This document shows positions 30,387 through 40,525 of a stretch of DNA of 64,000 nucleotides, one piece after another. Under the pieces are notes generated by a model. That model was not told the DNA's origin. It worked only from the letters and a program-made list of their open reading frames with translations, and searched no databases. The stretch lies in the NCBI GenBank assembly GCA_028700115.1, contig JAQVTI010000003.1, positions 2,714-66,713 of the forward strand, given 5' to 3'. Source of the stretch: Candidatus Iainarchaeum sp. (GTDB lineage Archaea; Iainarchaeota; Iainarchaeia; Iainarchaeales; CSSED10-239). The stretch's first letter is position 1, and each line of letters opens with the position of its first letter. The translations under genes were made by a program, and so were the position numbers.

Positions 30387-30580
30387 TTTTATTCCTCCAA
30401 TATAAATATATTTTAATTTATTAAATATTATACTATAAAAGTTATTCAAAACATTTATATATGTTTTTATTTAAATAAACAAATTTTTATGTTTAATTAA
30501 GTTTTATTTCTAAAATTATTAAAAAATAAAAAAAAAATAAAAAAAATAAAGAAACAATACAGGAAGTTAGGGGTATCTCT

Positions 30581-30955
30581 TTATAGTTTGTTAATTTCTT
30601 TTAAAATTAAATCACATTTATTGATTAAATTATTAATTTCTCCAATTTCTTCTTTAAAATTTAAATATTCTTTAAATTCTTTATTATTTTTATAATTTCC
30701 ATTTTCTATAATTTTATTATATATTTTCATTTTTGTATTAATTTTTTTATTTAATTTATTTAATTTATTTTGTAATTTTTTTTTATAAAATGTTAATTTT
30801 AATTTTACTATTTTTATCTGATTTGGTTTAATAAATATTCTTTGCATATTATTTATATGTGTATATTTTTTACTAATAAATTCTAATTTTTTATTAAATT
30901 TATTTATATTTTTATTAATAACCATAATATCACTTTTTAAATTTTTTATATCCAA
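30581..30955 (-). CDS. Hypothetical K/N-rich coiled-coil protein
   Basis: 124-aa ORF with heptad-like low-complexity sequence. It lies between the PRC-barrel gene and the recombinase gene on the same strand. Confidence 0.35.
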   Translation of the reverse strand: MDIKNLKSDIMVINKNINKFNKKLEFISKKYTHINNMQRIFIKPNQIKIVKLKLTFYKKKLQNKLNKLNKKINTKMKIYNKIIENGNYKNNKEFKEYLNFKEEIGEINNLINKCDLILKEINKL

Positions 30956-30986
30956 GATATTTTGTATTTAATATATTTTAAAATAA

Positions 30987-31832
30987 TTATAAATTATCTA
31001 ATGGGTTTTTTATTTTTTTTAGTTTATTTGTATTTACTTTTGTATATATTTGAGTTGTATTTAAATTTGTATGCCCTAATAATTGTTGAATATATCTAAT
31101 ATTTACATCATTTTCTAAAAGAGATGTTGCAAATGAATGTCTTAAAGTATGTGGAGATACTTTTTTATTTATTCCTGATTGTTTTGCAGATTCTTTTAAA
31201 AATTTTTGAATAGTATCTACAGATAAATTTGCACCTTTACTTGTACAAAATAAATATTTTGATTTAATTATATTTTCTCTTTTTTTTAAATATTTTCTAT
31301 ATTTTTCAATCCATTTTTTAGATAATATAATTATTCTATCTTTATTTCCTTTTCCACTAACTACTTTTCCAACTGATTCTATAAAATCTAAATCATCTAT
31401 TTTCATATTTACACATTCTGATATTCTTGTGCCTGTTGAAAATATAAATTCTATAATTAATTTATTTCTTTTATTTTTTGTATTTTTTATTAATAATTTA
31501 ATTTCATCGTTTGTTAATGTTGTTGGTAGTTTTTTTGATTTTTTTGGAAGTTTTATATCTATATTTATATTTTTTTTAAGATATATTTTATAATAATGAT
31601 TAAATATAGAAATTATTAAATTAATTGTAGTAGAGCTTATTTTTTTAATATTTTTAATGTATGATAAATAATTAATAATATCTTTTGATTCTATATTATT
31701 TATATCTTTTTGTATATATTTTTCAAATAAATCTAAATATAAACAATAAATATCAATAGTATTTTTACTATATCCTTCTATATTTAATGAATTTTTAAAA
31801 TTTTCTATATTTTTTGAATAATTTTTATTCAT
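30987..31832 (-). CDS. Tyrosine recombinase, XerA/XerC/D-like
   Basis: An N-terminal SAM-like core-binding domain is present. The catalytic residues appear in order: STGTRISE (Arg), GKGNKDRII (Lys), HTLRHSFAT (HxxR) and LGHTNLNTTQIYTKV (His/Tyr). Confidence 0.88.
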   Translation of the reverse strand: MNKNYSKNIENFKNSLNIEGYSKNTIDIYCLYLDLFEKYIQKDINNIESKDIINYLSYIKNIKKISSTTINLIISIFNHYYKIYLKKNINIDIKLPKKSKKLPTTLTNDEIKLLIKNTKNKRNKLIIEFIFSTGTRISECVNMKIDDLDFIESVGKVVSGKGNKDRIIILSKKWIEKYRKYLKKRENIIKSKYLFCTSKGANLSVDTIQKFLKESAKQSGINKKVSPHTLRHSFATSLLENDVNIRYIQQLLGHTNLNTTQIYTKVNTNKLKKIKNPLDNL

Positions 31833-32085
31833 ATTTTTCTTTTTTTCTATGTAATCTATAAATTATAATATAGATATGTTTATTAAGTAATTCAATATTC
31901 TATATTAATTATATTAAATTAATTTTAATATTTAAATAAATTTATAAACTTTTTTATTTTTTTAAAGAAATATTTACTTTTCAAACAAAAGCATATAAAA
32001 ACATATTAGTGTACATTTTATAATTAAATATATTTTTTATAATTTTTTAAATTAAGGGGTTTAAAATTATAATATACATATATAA

Positions 32086-32613
32086 TTGGTGGTTTTTTTG
32101 ATTTCTTCAAAATTTCAAGTTTATACAGGAAATGGTAAAGGAAAAACAACTGCCGCAATTGGACTTGCCTTAAGAGCTTCTAAAAAATATAAGGTTGCTT
32201 TTATAAAATTACTTAAATTTAAAGAAAGTGGAGAAGATTATTTTCTAAAAAATAATACTAATATAATTTTTAAAAAATTTGGATGTAAAAATTTTATAAT
32301 TAATTCAAAACCAGAAAATGAACATAAAAAAATAATAAATAAAGCTTTTAAATTTATATTTAATTTATTAGATAAAAAAGAATTAGATTTATTAATATTG
32401 GATGAAATAAATATAGTTATATATTATAATTTAATTAATTTAGAAGACGTTATTAAAATAATAAATATTTGTAAAAATAAAAATATAGAATTAGTTTTTA
32501 CCGGAAGATATTTTAATAAAAATTTAAAAAAATATGCAGATTTAATTACAGATTGTAAGGAAATTAAACATTATTATAAATATAGAAAAGCAAAAGATGG
32601 AATAGAATTTTAA
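32086..32613 (+). CDS. ATP:cob(I)alamin adenosyltransferase (CobO/BtuR type)
   Basis: VYTGNGKGKTTAAIGLALRA P-loop, LDEIN Walker B-like motif and the C-terminal KAKDGIEF typical of the CobA/CobO family. The start is TTG. Confidence 0.75.
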   Translation: MVVFLISSKFQVYTGNGKGKTTAAIGLALRASKKYKVAFIKLLKFKESGEDYFLKNNTNIIFKKFGCKNFIINSKPENEHKKIINKAFKFIFNLLDKKELDLLILDEINIVIYYNLINLEDVIKIINICKNKNIELVFTGRYFNKNLKKYADLITDCKEIKHYYKYRKAKDGIEF

Positions 32614-32625
32614 GTAGGTGTTTTT

Positions 32626-35238
32626 ATGAATATGTTAACTAAAATTAAAAAAATTACCCAAGTTAAAAAAAGAAAAGGTGAAATTGTTTTTTTTGATAAA
32701 AATAAAATTTCTCTTGCAATTGAAAAAGCAATGAAATCTGTAGATTCTTTTGATGAAAATAAAAATAAAGATTTAACTGAAAAAGTTATTTTAATTTTAG
32801 AATCTAAATTTATAAATAAAATTCCATCTGTGGAAGATGTTTCTGATGTAATTGAATATGTTTTAATTGCTTCTGAGCTTATAAATGTTGCAAAATCTTT
32901 TATTTTATATAGAGAAGAAAGAAGAAAATTAAGAGAATCTTATATTGAAGAGATAGATTGTGATATTGTAAAAGATTTAAAGGAGAAAAAAATTTCAATT
33001 ACAAAACAAGCAATTAATGTTTTAAATAATTCAAATCAATTTAAAGATTTAGGTTTAATTATTTTTTTAGATAGATATTCTATAAAATCTAAAAAAAATG
33101 AAATTGTAGTAGGCGATTTAGTTGTAGTTATTTCAAAAAATGATCCTAAATATCCAAAAAAAGATATAGGTATTGTTAAAGATATTTCTGAAAATAAATT
33201 TGATGTTAAATTACATATGTTAACTGGTTTATATGCTGAAAAAGAAAATAATTATGAATTTAATCAAAAATTAAGTTTTTGTGAAAAACCATCTGAATCT
33301 GCAAATGATGTTTATAAAAGAGTTGCAAAAGCAGTTGCATCTGTAGAAAAAGATGATTTATTAAAAACAAAATGGTTTGATGAATTTTATTATATGTTAA
33401 AAAATAATCATATATCTCCTGGTGGTAGAATTTTAACTGGTGCAAGTATAGATGAATTAGGTTATACTTCTAATTTAACTTTATATAATTGTTATGTTAT
33501 TCCTTCTCCAAAAGATTCAAGAAAATCAATTGTAAGAGATGCACTTTATAACATGGTTGAAATTTTTTCAAGAGGTGGGGGGGTTGGTTTATCTCTTTCT
33601 ACATTAAGACCTTTATTTGCATATGTAAAAGGAGTTCATGGTAGATCTTCAGGTTCTGTTTCTTGGGGTGGTTTATATTCTTATGTAACTGCTTTAATTG
33701 AACAAGGAGGTTCAAGAAGAGGAGCTTTAATGCTTATGCTTGATGATTGGCATCCAGATTTAATTTCTTTTATTGAATCTAAAACTAAAACAGGCACTTT
33801 AGAACATGCTAATATATCTGTAAAAGTTTCAGATAAATTAATGCAAGCTATAAAAAATGATGATGATTGGTATTTTGAATTTCCAGATTATGAAAATATA
33901 AATTATAAAGATATTTATGATTCTGAATGGGATGGTGATTTAAATTCTTGGAAAGAAAAAGGTTACCCTACAAAAATTTATGGTTCTATAAAAGCAAAGG
34001 ATATTTGGAATAAAATAATTTTTTCTGCATGGAAAAGTGCAGAACCTGGTGTTGTTTTTATGGAAAGGTATAATAAAATGAGTAATAGTTATTATTATAA
34101 TAAAATTATTGCAACAAATCCATGTGGTGAACAAGGATTACCTGCTTGGGGTGTTTGTAATTTAGGTCATTTAAATTTAGCATCTTTTGCAGAATATATT
34201 GGACAAGATGATGTTGGCCCTCTTTATGAGCTTAATTTTGAAAAGCTTAAAAAAGCTGCAAGTGTTTTAACTAGATTTTTAGATAATGTTATTGATTTAA
34301 CACCTTATTTTTTTGAAGAAAATAAAAATGTACAAAAATCTGAAAGAAGAATTGGTGGTGGAACTTTAGGTCTTGCAGAACTTTTAATTAAGTTAAGATT
34401 AAAATACGGTTCTCCTGACAGTATAAATTTAATTAATAAAATTTATAGTTTAATTACAACTGAAATGTATTTAACTTCTACACATATTTCTGAAGAAAAA
34501 GGTTTTTTTCCAAATTTTGATAAAGAAAAATTTTTAGCAAGTAAGTTTATACAAAATTTACCTAAAGATGTTTATGAGAAAATAAAAGAAAAAGGTATTA
34601 GAAATGTATCTTTAACAACACAAGCACCAACTGGTTCAACTGGGACAATGATTGGTACATCTACTGGAATCGAACCTTATTTTGCTTTTAAATTTTATAG
34701 ACAATCAAGACTTGGTTTCCATGAAGTAAACATACCTATTGCTCAAGATTATGAAAAAAATGGAGTTCTTCCAGATTTTTTTGTATCTGCAAATGATTTA
34801 AGTCCAGAAGATCATGTTAAAGTCCAAGCTGCAATACAAAGATGGACTGATTCATCTATTAGTAAAACCGCAAATGTTCCTGCAAATTTTACTGTTGAAC
34901 AAACTGCAAAATTATATGAGCTTGCATATGATTTAGGTTGTAAAGGTGTTACAATTTATAGAGATTCATCTAGAGATGAGCAAGTTCTTTCAATAAATAA
35001 AGATCAAGAAAAGATAAATCAAAATGCAATTAATAAAAAAACACAAGATAAATTAAATTTTAATAAAAAAAATAATGTTATTTTTGAAGATAAAAAAGAA
35101 AATGAAGATGTTGTTTATGGAGCTGAAGCAGGAAATATATGCCCTGTTTGTAAAAAAGGAAAAATGATTAAACTAGGTGGTTGTACAGAGTGTTCTGCAG
35201 GTTGTGGTTTTAAGGGTTCTTGTGATATGAAGCAATAA
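32626..35238 (+). CDS. nrdJ: Adenosylcobalamin-dependent ribonucleotide reductase (class II, NrdJ)
   Basis: N-terminal ATP-cone (VKKRKGEIVFFDKNKISLAIEKA), active-site NPCGEQ and SISKT motifs, and a C-terminal CPVC...CTEC zinc ribbon. Confidence 0.9.
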   Translation: MNMLTKIKKITQVKKRKGEIVFFDKNKISLAIEKAMKSVDSFDENKNKDLTEKVILILESKFINKIPSVEDVSDVIEYVLIASELINVAKSFILYREERRKLRESYIEEIDCDIVKDLKEKKISITKQAINVLNNSNQFKDLGLIIFLDRYSIKSKKNEIVVGDLVVVISKNDPKYPKKDIGIVKDISENKFDVKLHMLTGLYAEKENNYEFNQKLSFCEKPSESANDVYKRVAKAVASVEKDDLLKTKWFDEFYYMLKNNHISPGGRILTGASIDELGYTSNLTLYNCYVIPSPKDSRKSIVRDALYNMVEIFSRGGGVGLSLSTLRPLFAYVKGVHGRSSGSVSWGGLYSYVTALIEQGGSRRGALMLMLDDWHPDLISFIESKTKTGTLEHANISVKVSDKLMQAIKNDDDWYFEFPDYENINYKDIYDSEWDGDLNSWKEKGYPTKIYGSIKAKDIWNKIIFSAWKSAEPGVVFMERYNKMSNSYYYNKIIATNPCGEQGLPAWGVCNLGHLNLASFAEYIGQDDVGPLYELNFEKLKKAASVLTRFLDNVIDLTPYFFEENKNVQKSERRIGGGTLGLAELLIKLRLKYGSPDSINLINKIYSLITTEMYLTSTHISEEKGFFPNFDKEKFLASKFIQNLPKDVYEKIKEKGIRNVSLTTQAPTGSTGTMIGTSTGIEPYFAFKFYRQSRLGFHEVNIPIAQDYEKNGVLPDFFVSANDLSPEDHVKVQAAIQRWTDSSISKTANVPANFTVEQTAKLYELAYDLGCKGVTIYRDSSRDEQVLSINKDQEKINQNAINKKTQDKLNFNKKNNVIFEDKKENEDVVYGAEAGNICPVCKKGKMIKLGGCTECSAGCGFKGSCDMKQ

Positions 35239-35261
35239 ATTTAAATTAAAAGGAGATTATT

Positions 35262-35708
35262 ATGTTTAATATAAAAAGATTAACAGAAAGTGCTAAATTA
35301 CCTGAAAAAAATAATTTTACAGATGCTGGATATGATGTTTTTTCTGATCAAAATATTATTATCCCTGCTGGAAAAAGAGAAACCATTTCAATAGGTATTT
35401 CTTTTTCTTTTGATAAGCCAAATTATTTAAGAGAAAATGAAACTATTTATTTAAGAGTTGCTCCAAGAAGTGGTCTTGCATCTAAAAAAGGTATTGATGT
35501 TTTTGCAGGTGTTATTGATTTAGATTATAGAGGCGAATTAAAAGTATGTTTATTTAATTCTTCTGATATTGATTTTGAAATTAAAAAAGGAGATAAAATT
35601 GCTCAGATTATCCCTACAATTATTTTAAATTCAGAAATTAAGGAAGTAAATTTTTTAGATCAAACAGATAGAGGAGAAAAAGGTTTTGGTTCTTCTGGAA
35701 ATAAGTAA
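35262..35708 (+). CDS. dut: dUTP diphosphatase (trimeric dUTPase)
   Basis: The motifs DAGYDV, PRSGLASKKGI, GVIDLDYRGE, GDKIAQ and RGEKGFGSSG appear in canonical order. A GGAG SD is present. Confidence 0.9.
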   Translation: MFNIKRLTESAKLPEKNNFTDAGYDVFSDQNIIIPAGKRETISIGISFSFDKPNYLRENETIYLRVAPRSGLASKKGIDVFAGVIDLDYRGELKVCLFNSSDIDFEIKKGDKIAQIIPTIILNSEIKEVNFLDQTDRGEKGFGSSGNK

Positions 35709-35794
35709 TTTTTTTAAATTTTTAAATATAAACATTCTTTTTATAAGCTTTGTCTATTAAATATATTTATAAATTATAAAAAAGATGTTTATTT

Positions 35795-36268
35795 ATGAAA
35801 AGTTATATTTTAAAAAATAAAAATTTATTATTATATATTTATTTATTTATTTTTCTAATTATTGGTTTTTTTATTGGTTTTTTTATTTTTAATAGCATAT
35901 ATTCTATCGGTAATTCTTCTAAAGTTTTAAATAATTCTTTTCAATCTTTAGAAACAAATATTAATTCTTTTTATTTTTTAGAAACAAATGAAATATCTAA
36001 AGATTCATATGTTTTTATTGGAGGTAAAACTAATTTAAATAATTTTGTTTATTTAGAAAAGGATTATTATAATTCAATTATTAAAAATAATATAACCGTA
36101 GAAAATGCTTTGAAGAAAAATAATAATCAACACAAAGTTATTTTAGTTGGTTGTCATTGTATGAAAATTGAAAACGGTTATTATTTTATAGTAGGTAATT
36201 GTGATTGTAAAATATCACATTGTGATTATCAACAAAATTATATTTGTGAAACAGGAAATATTATGTGA
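35795..36268 (+). CDS. Membrane-anchored cysteine-rich protein (paralog A), hypothetical
   Basis: N-terminal TM helix and a C-terminal CHC-x12-CDC-x4-C-x7-C pattern. It shares ENALKK and the Cys pattern with the next gene. Confidence 0.5.
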   Translation: MKSYILKNKNLLLYIYLFIFLIIGFFIGFFIFNSIYSIGNSSKVLNNSFQSLETNINSFYFLETNEISKDSYVFIGGKTNLNNFVYLEKDYYNSIIKNNITVENALKKNNNQHKVILVGCHCMKIENGYYFIVGNCDCKISHCDYQQNYICETGNIM

Positions 36269-36666
36269 TTTTTATGGATCAAAAAATTCTTTTTATAATT
36301 TTATTAGGTTTTATTTTTGGTTTTTTAATTTGCTTTTTTATATTTATCCAAGTTTCTAATTTAGGTTATTCTTCTAAGATTATTTCTAATAATTTGGATT
36401 ATATTAATAATTCTAATTTATATAAGATTGAAATAAATAATAAAAATATTTTTATAGAAAATAATTATATTGAAGAATTTTTAAATAATTTGAATTTACA
36501 AGAAAATGCTTTAAAAAAATCAAAAAATAATAATATCATTTTAGAAAGATGTAAATGTGTTTTAACAAAAGACGATATTATTTATATTATGGAAACTTGT
36601 GATTGTGGTAGTAATTCTTGTCAAGAAATTAATGCTATTTGTAAAGATAGTATTTCAGTAGATTAA
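36265..36666 (+). CDS. Membrane-anchored cysteine-rich protein (paralog B), hypothetical
   Basis: N-terminal TM helix and a C-terminal CKC-x13-CDC-x4-C-x6-C pattern. The start is GTG 36265 (overlapping the upstream stop) or ATG 36274. Confidence 0.5.
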   Translation: MIFMDQKILFIILLGFIFGFLICFFIFIQVSNLGYSSKIISNNLDYINNSNLYKIEINNKNIFIENNYIEEFLNNLNLQENALKKSKNNNIILERCKCVLTKDDIIYIMETCDCGSNSCQEINAICKDSISVD

Positions 36667-36682
36667 TTTTTAGAGATTTTAT

Positions 36683-37306
36683 ATGTTTAATAAAAAAAAT
36701 TTATTTTTAAGAATTTTTTATTTTTTAATAATTTTTTTTATTTTCATATATTTATCATGTTTTCAAAGTTCGTTATCTATTTTATGGTTTTGTAAAATTT
36801 CAATAATTCTTTTAATTATTGCTTTAATTTCTAATTCTGATATTCTTTATAGTTGTGTTTTAATTTCTCAAAGTTTTGTTTTTTTAATTTTTTTATTAGA
36901 AGTTGTTTCTTTATTTTTATTTAATGTTTCTTTATTTAATTTATCTAATATTTATAATAATTTTTTTGATTGGATAATAAGTATTTTTTATCATGTAGTT
37001 ATATTTTTAATTCCATTACATTTATTAATTTTAAAAAGAAAATTTATACAAGACACTTGGTTTTTGTCTTCTTTTTTATTTTTATTTTTTTCTGTAGTAA
37101 TATATGTTATAGATAAATTTAATTTACCAATTGATGGGTCTATTAATTGTGTTTTTTCGTGTAATAATTTTGGAATTATAACTTATGCATATAATTTAAT
37201 TTATCAATATATTCCAATTGCAAATTTTATTATAAATTGGATCATTCTTTCTTTTTTATTCTACATTACTAGTTTATTTTTCGATAAAATTCTAAATAAT
37301 AAATAA
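36683..37306 (+). CDS. Polytopic membrane protein, hypothetical
   Basis: 207 aa with about 6 hydrophobic helices. I recognise no motif. Confidence 0.45.
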   Translation: MFNKKNLFLRIFYFLIIFFIFIYLSCFQSSLSILWFCKISIILLIIALISNSDILYSCVLISQSFVFLIFLLEVVSLFLFNVSLFNLSNIYNNFFDWIISIFYHVVIFLIPLHLLILKRKFIQDTWFLSSFLFLFFSVVIYVIDKFNLPIDGSINCVFSCNNFGIITYAYNLIYQYIPIANFIINWIILSFLFYITSLFFDKILNNK

Positions 37307-37321
37307 ATTTTTATATTTAAA

Positions 37322-39529
37322 TTATCTTGCTAATAACTCTTCTTTATCACTATTGTTTTTTTTATTTTCCTTTATCGCTATTTTAAAATGTTTTTTTGTA
37401 ATTTTATTTGTGTCCAAGTTATTTTGTATTGCTTCTCTTACTGCATTCATACCAGCGTCTCTACAAATTGAATATATATCTGCTCCAGATAGTCCTTCTG
37501 TTTCATTTATTAGTTCTTTTAAATTTATATTTTTATCTGTGTTCATATCTTTAATATATATTTCGAATATTTTTTCTCTTGATTTTTCATCTGGCAAAGG
37601 AATTTCTAATTTTATGTCAAATCTTCCTGGTCTTAAAAAAGCAGGATCAACAATATCTATTCTATTTGTAGCACCTACTACAATTATGTCTTTTAATTTT
37701 GATATTCCATCCATTTCAGTTAAGATTTGTGCTACAACATTATTACTTGATATATTGTTTTCTGTATTAAATCTAGTTTTTGTAATTGCATCAATTTCAT
37801 CAAAAAATATTATAGTTGGTGCTAATTGTCTTGCTTTTTTAAAAATATTTCTTATTTTTTTTTCAGATTCTCCAACCCATTTATTAAATATTTCTGGTCC
37901 TTTTACAGATATAAAATTAGCATTACTTTCATTTGCAATTGCTTTTGCTATTAAAGTTTTTCCTGTTCCAGGAGGTCCATATAATAAAACTCCTGATGGT
38001 GGGATTACTCCTGTTTCTTTAAATTTATCATAATATTTTATAGGCCATTCAATCATTTCTTTTAATTTTTCTTTTTGTTTTTCAAGTCCTCCAATATCGT
38101 TCCATTTTATTTTTGGAATTTGAACTTGTATTTCTCTAATCCCAGATGGTTCTACAACATTTAATGCTTCTTGAAAATCTTTATTTGTAATTATTAATTC
38201 TTCTAATATTTCTTTTGAAAGATTTTTATTTTGTTCTTTATTTATTTTTGGCATTAGTCTTTTTATTGATTTTAATGCTGCTTCTTTACATAATGCATTT
38301 AAATCTGCTCCTGTAAAACCATTGGTTTTTTCTATAATTTCATTTAAATCTACATCTTTAGATAATGGCATCCCTCTTATATGAACTGTTAATATTTCTT
38401 TTCTTGAATTTTTATCTGGTATATTAATTTCTATTTCTCTATCAAATCTACCTGGTCTTCTAAGTGCAGGATCTAATGAATCTGGTATATTAGTAGCACC
38501 TATTACTACTACTTTTCCTCTAGAGTTTAATCCATCCATTAATGTTAAAAGTTGTGCTACAATTCTTTTTTCAGTTTCATTATTCATTTCTTCTCTTTTT
38601 GGTGCAATTGCATCTATTTCATCTATAAATATTATAGATGGTGCTTTTTCTTCTGCTTCTTTAAATATATTTCTTAAATTTTCTTCAGATTTTCCATATA
38701 TACCTGAAACAATTTCTGGTCCATTAATTGTTGTAAAATAAGCATCTGTTTCTGATGCAACTGCTTTTGCTAAAAGAGTTTTTCCTGTTCCAGGAGGTCC
38801 ATAAAGTAAAACTCCTTTAGGTGAAGATATTCCTAATTTTTTAAAAATTTCTGGTCTTCTTATAGGTAATTCTACCATCTCTCTAATAGTTTCTATTTCT
38901 TTTTTTAATCCACCTATATCGTCATAAGTTATATTTGTTGAGTTAGAATTTGTTTTTTCTGAAATTATTAATTTTGTATTATTTGTTATTTTTACAACTC
39001 CTAATGGAATTGTTTTTGTAACTATTAATTGTAATTTGTATTCTCCTTTTGGAGTTTGGAATTTTATTCCAGGGATTTTTATTATATTATTTTCAATTAT
39101 ATTTTGATTATTTATTTTGTCTTTTACAAATCCAAAATAATCTTTTTGAGTTAATATTTTTTTTATTTCTGTAATATTATTTTCATCCATTCCTTGTTCA
39201 ATTACAGGTGCTACTGTAATTGTTTTTGCTTCTTGTACGTTTGTTTTTTCTATAAATACACTTTCATCTATTGCAACTCCCGCATTATATCTTAATATTC
39301 CATCTATTTTAATTATATTTAAACTAGTATCTTCTATTTTTCCTTTTGTTGCATATGCTACCGCTTTTTTATTACTGTTTATTCCTTCTATTAAAATTAT
39401 ATCGCCTATAGATAGTTTCATTTTTTCAAATACTGCTGGATCAATTTTTGCAATTCCTTTTCCAACATCTGAAATGTTTGTTTCTTTTACAGTTAATATA
39501 ATTTTTTCTTTTGGTTGCATATTTTTCAC
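37322..39529 (-). CDS. cdc48: AAA+ ATPase Cdc48/VCP
   Basis: An N-domain is followed by two AAA modules, each with GPPGTGKT Walker A, DEID Walker B and second-region-of-homology arginines. Confidence 0.93.
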   Translation of the reverse strand: MKNMQPKEKIILTVKETNISDVGKGIAKIDPAVFEKMKLSIGDIILIEGINSNKKAVAYATKGKIEDTSLNIIKIDGILRYNAGVAIDESVFIEKTNVQEAKTITVAPVIEQGMDENNITEIKKILTQKDYFGFVKDKINNQNIIENNIIKIPGIKFQTPKGEYKLQLIVTKTIPLGVVKITNNTKLIISEKTNSNSTNITYDDIGGLKKEIETIREMVELPIRRPEIFKKLGISSPKGVLLYGPPGTGKTLLAKAVASETDAYFTTINGPEIVSGIYGKSEENLRNIFKEAEEKAPSIIFIDEIDAIAPKREEMNNETEKRIVAQLLTLMDGLNSRGKVVVIGATNIPDSLDPALRRPGRFDREIEINIPDKNSRKEILTVHIRGMPLSKDVDLNEIIEKTNGFTGADLNALCKEAALKSIKRLMPKINKEQNKNLSKEILEELIITNKDFQEALNVVEPSGIREIQVQIPKIKWNDIGGLEKQKEKLKEMIEWPIKYYDKFKETGVIPPSGVLLYGPPGTGKTLIAKAIANESNANFISVKGPEIFNKWVGESEKKIRNIFKKARQLAPTIIFFDEIDAITKTRFNTENNISSNNVVAQILTEMDGISKLKDIIVVGATNRIDIVDPAFLRPGRFDIKLEIPLPDEKSREKIFEIYIKDMNTDKNINLKELINETEGLSGADIYSICRDAGMNAVREAIQNNLDTNKITKKHFKIAIKENKKNNSDKEELLAR

Positions 39530-39640
39530 ATTTATTTATTTATTTAAGATGTATATTTATTTGTTTTAAATATGTATCTTTAAATTTATTTTATTATATA
39601 TATTATTGAAAAATAATTTTAAAAGTTTTTTTATATATTT

Positions 39641-40525
39641 TTAGTCAAATTGATTAATTTTATCTAAGAATTCTTTACTATATATAAAATCTATTAATTT
39701 ATCTAAATTTCCATAATATTTTTTAAAGAATATTTTAGAATATATTATACCTTGAATATAAGGGTTATTTAAATCATTTATTTTTGGGGTTTGATTTTTT
39801 CCAATTTGTAATCTAGTATTTATTACATTTGTTATAAATTCTATAAAAAATTCGTTTTTTGCTAATGCTTTTTGATTATTTTTATTAAATGCTATGTGCA
39901 TTAATTCATGAACTAATGTTTGTGGGGATGTATTAATTAATCTAATTTCATTTGTTATTGGATTTGCATCTCCTAATATTTTATTTACTTGTTTTTGTTC
40001 TAATAATTTGTTAATTATTTCTGCTAATTCAATTATATCTGTTTTATATACTGCATGTTTAATTTGGCTATAAACATCTAATTTTGATATTTTTAGTGTT
40101 TCTAAAAAAGATGTGCTTTTAATAAGTTTTGTTTTTATTAATTCTTCTGATATTTTTTTACAAATATTTTTCATATATACTATTTCATTTTTATTAAAAT
40201 TAGTTGGTTTATATCCTTTTTTTTTAAGTATTGATTTTATACTTTTTGATAAATATACACCTATTTTATATTTTGTAAATATTTTTATATTTTCTATTTC
40301 TTTTAATGGTACTTTTATTTTATCAAATTGTTGTATATATTCTTCATATTCTTTTATTGCTTGTTCTTTTTTATTAATATATATTAATTTAATAAATTTA
40401 TTTGCAATTTCATTAGGTGAAATATTTTTTGTAAGTTGATTTCTAATTTCTTTAGTTTTAATTTTTTTTTTTAATTCATCTATTTTATATTTTTTATCTT
40501 TAAATTTATTATTTTTTGGATTCAT
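39641..40525 (-). CDS. Hypothetical protein with an HExxH zinc-metallopeptidase motif
   Basis: TLVHELMHIAF (HELMH) lies in the C-terminal half. The start overlaps the topA stop by 17 nt on the same strand. Confidence 0.4.
   Translation of the reverse strand: MNPKNNKFKDKKYKIDELKKKIKTKEIRNQLTKNISPNEIANKFIKLIYINKKEQAIKEYEEYIQQFDKIKVPLKEIENIKIFTKYKIGVYLSKSIKSILKKKGYKPTNFNKNEIVYMKNICKKISEELIKTKLIKSTSFLETLKISKLDVYSQIKHAVYKTDIIELAEIINKLLEQKQVNKILGDANPITNEIRLINTSPQTLVHELMHIAFNKNNQKALAKNEFFIEFITNVINTRLQIGKNQTPKINDLNNPYIQGIIYSKIFFKKYYGNLDKLIDFIYSKEFLDKINQFD

Noticed and set aside
31854-31875. Inverted repeat ATCTATA-N8-TATAGAT 22 bp upstream of the recombinase start, considered as a dif-like Xer site.
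   Set aside because: The arms are only 7 bp, in DNA that is almost entirely A/T, so it is easily a chance occurrence. The spacer length does not match the 6-bp spacer of known Xer sites. I cannot verify similarity to archaeal dif consensus from memory.
31833-32085. Searched for a duplicated copy of the tRNA-iMet 3' end (att site) beyond the recombinase gene that would delimit an integrated element.
   Set aside because: No stretch resembling GGTTCAAATCCTACCCCCGC, or even CCCCCGC, is visible here. The element boundary therefore cannot be supported from the sequence.
37353-38033. Long antisense ORFs in the track: 226 aa opposite cdc48, and similar ORFs at 41149-41553, 42173-42630, 44031-44267, 44682-45143, 19697-20200, 8739-9089, 3876-4859, 40113-40439, 23841-24086 and others.
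   Set aside because: Each lies entirely inside a well-supported gene on the other strand. Each translates to F/L/I/S-rich low-complexity sequence, which is the mirror image of K/E/N-rich codons. None has recognisable motifs or an SD. Stop-poor antisense frames are expected in such biased sequence.
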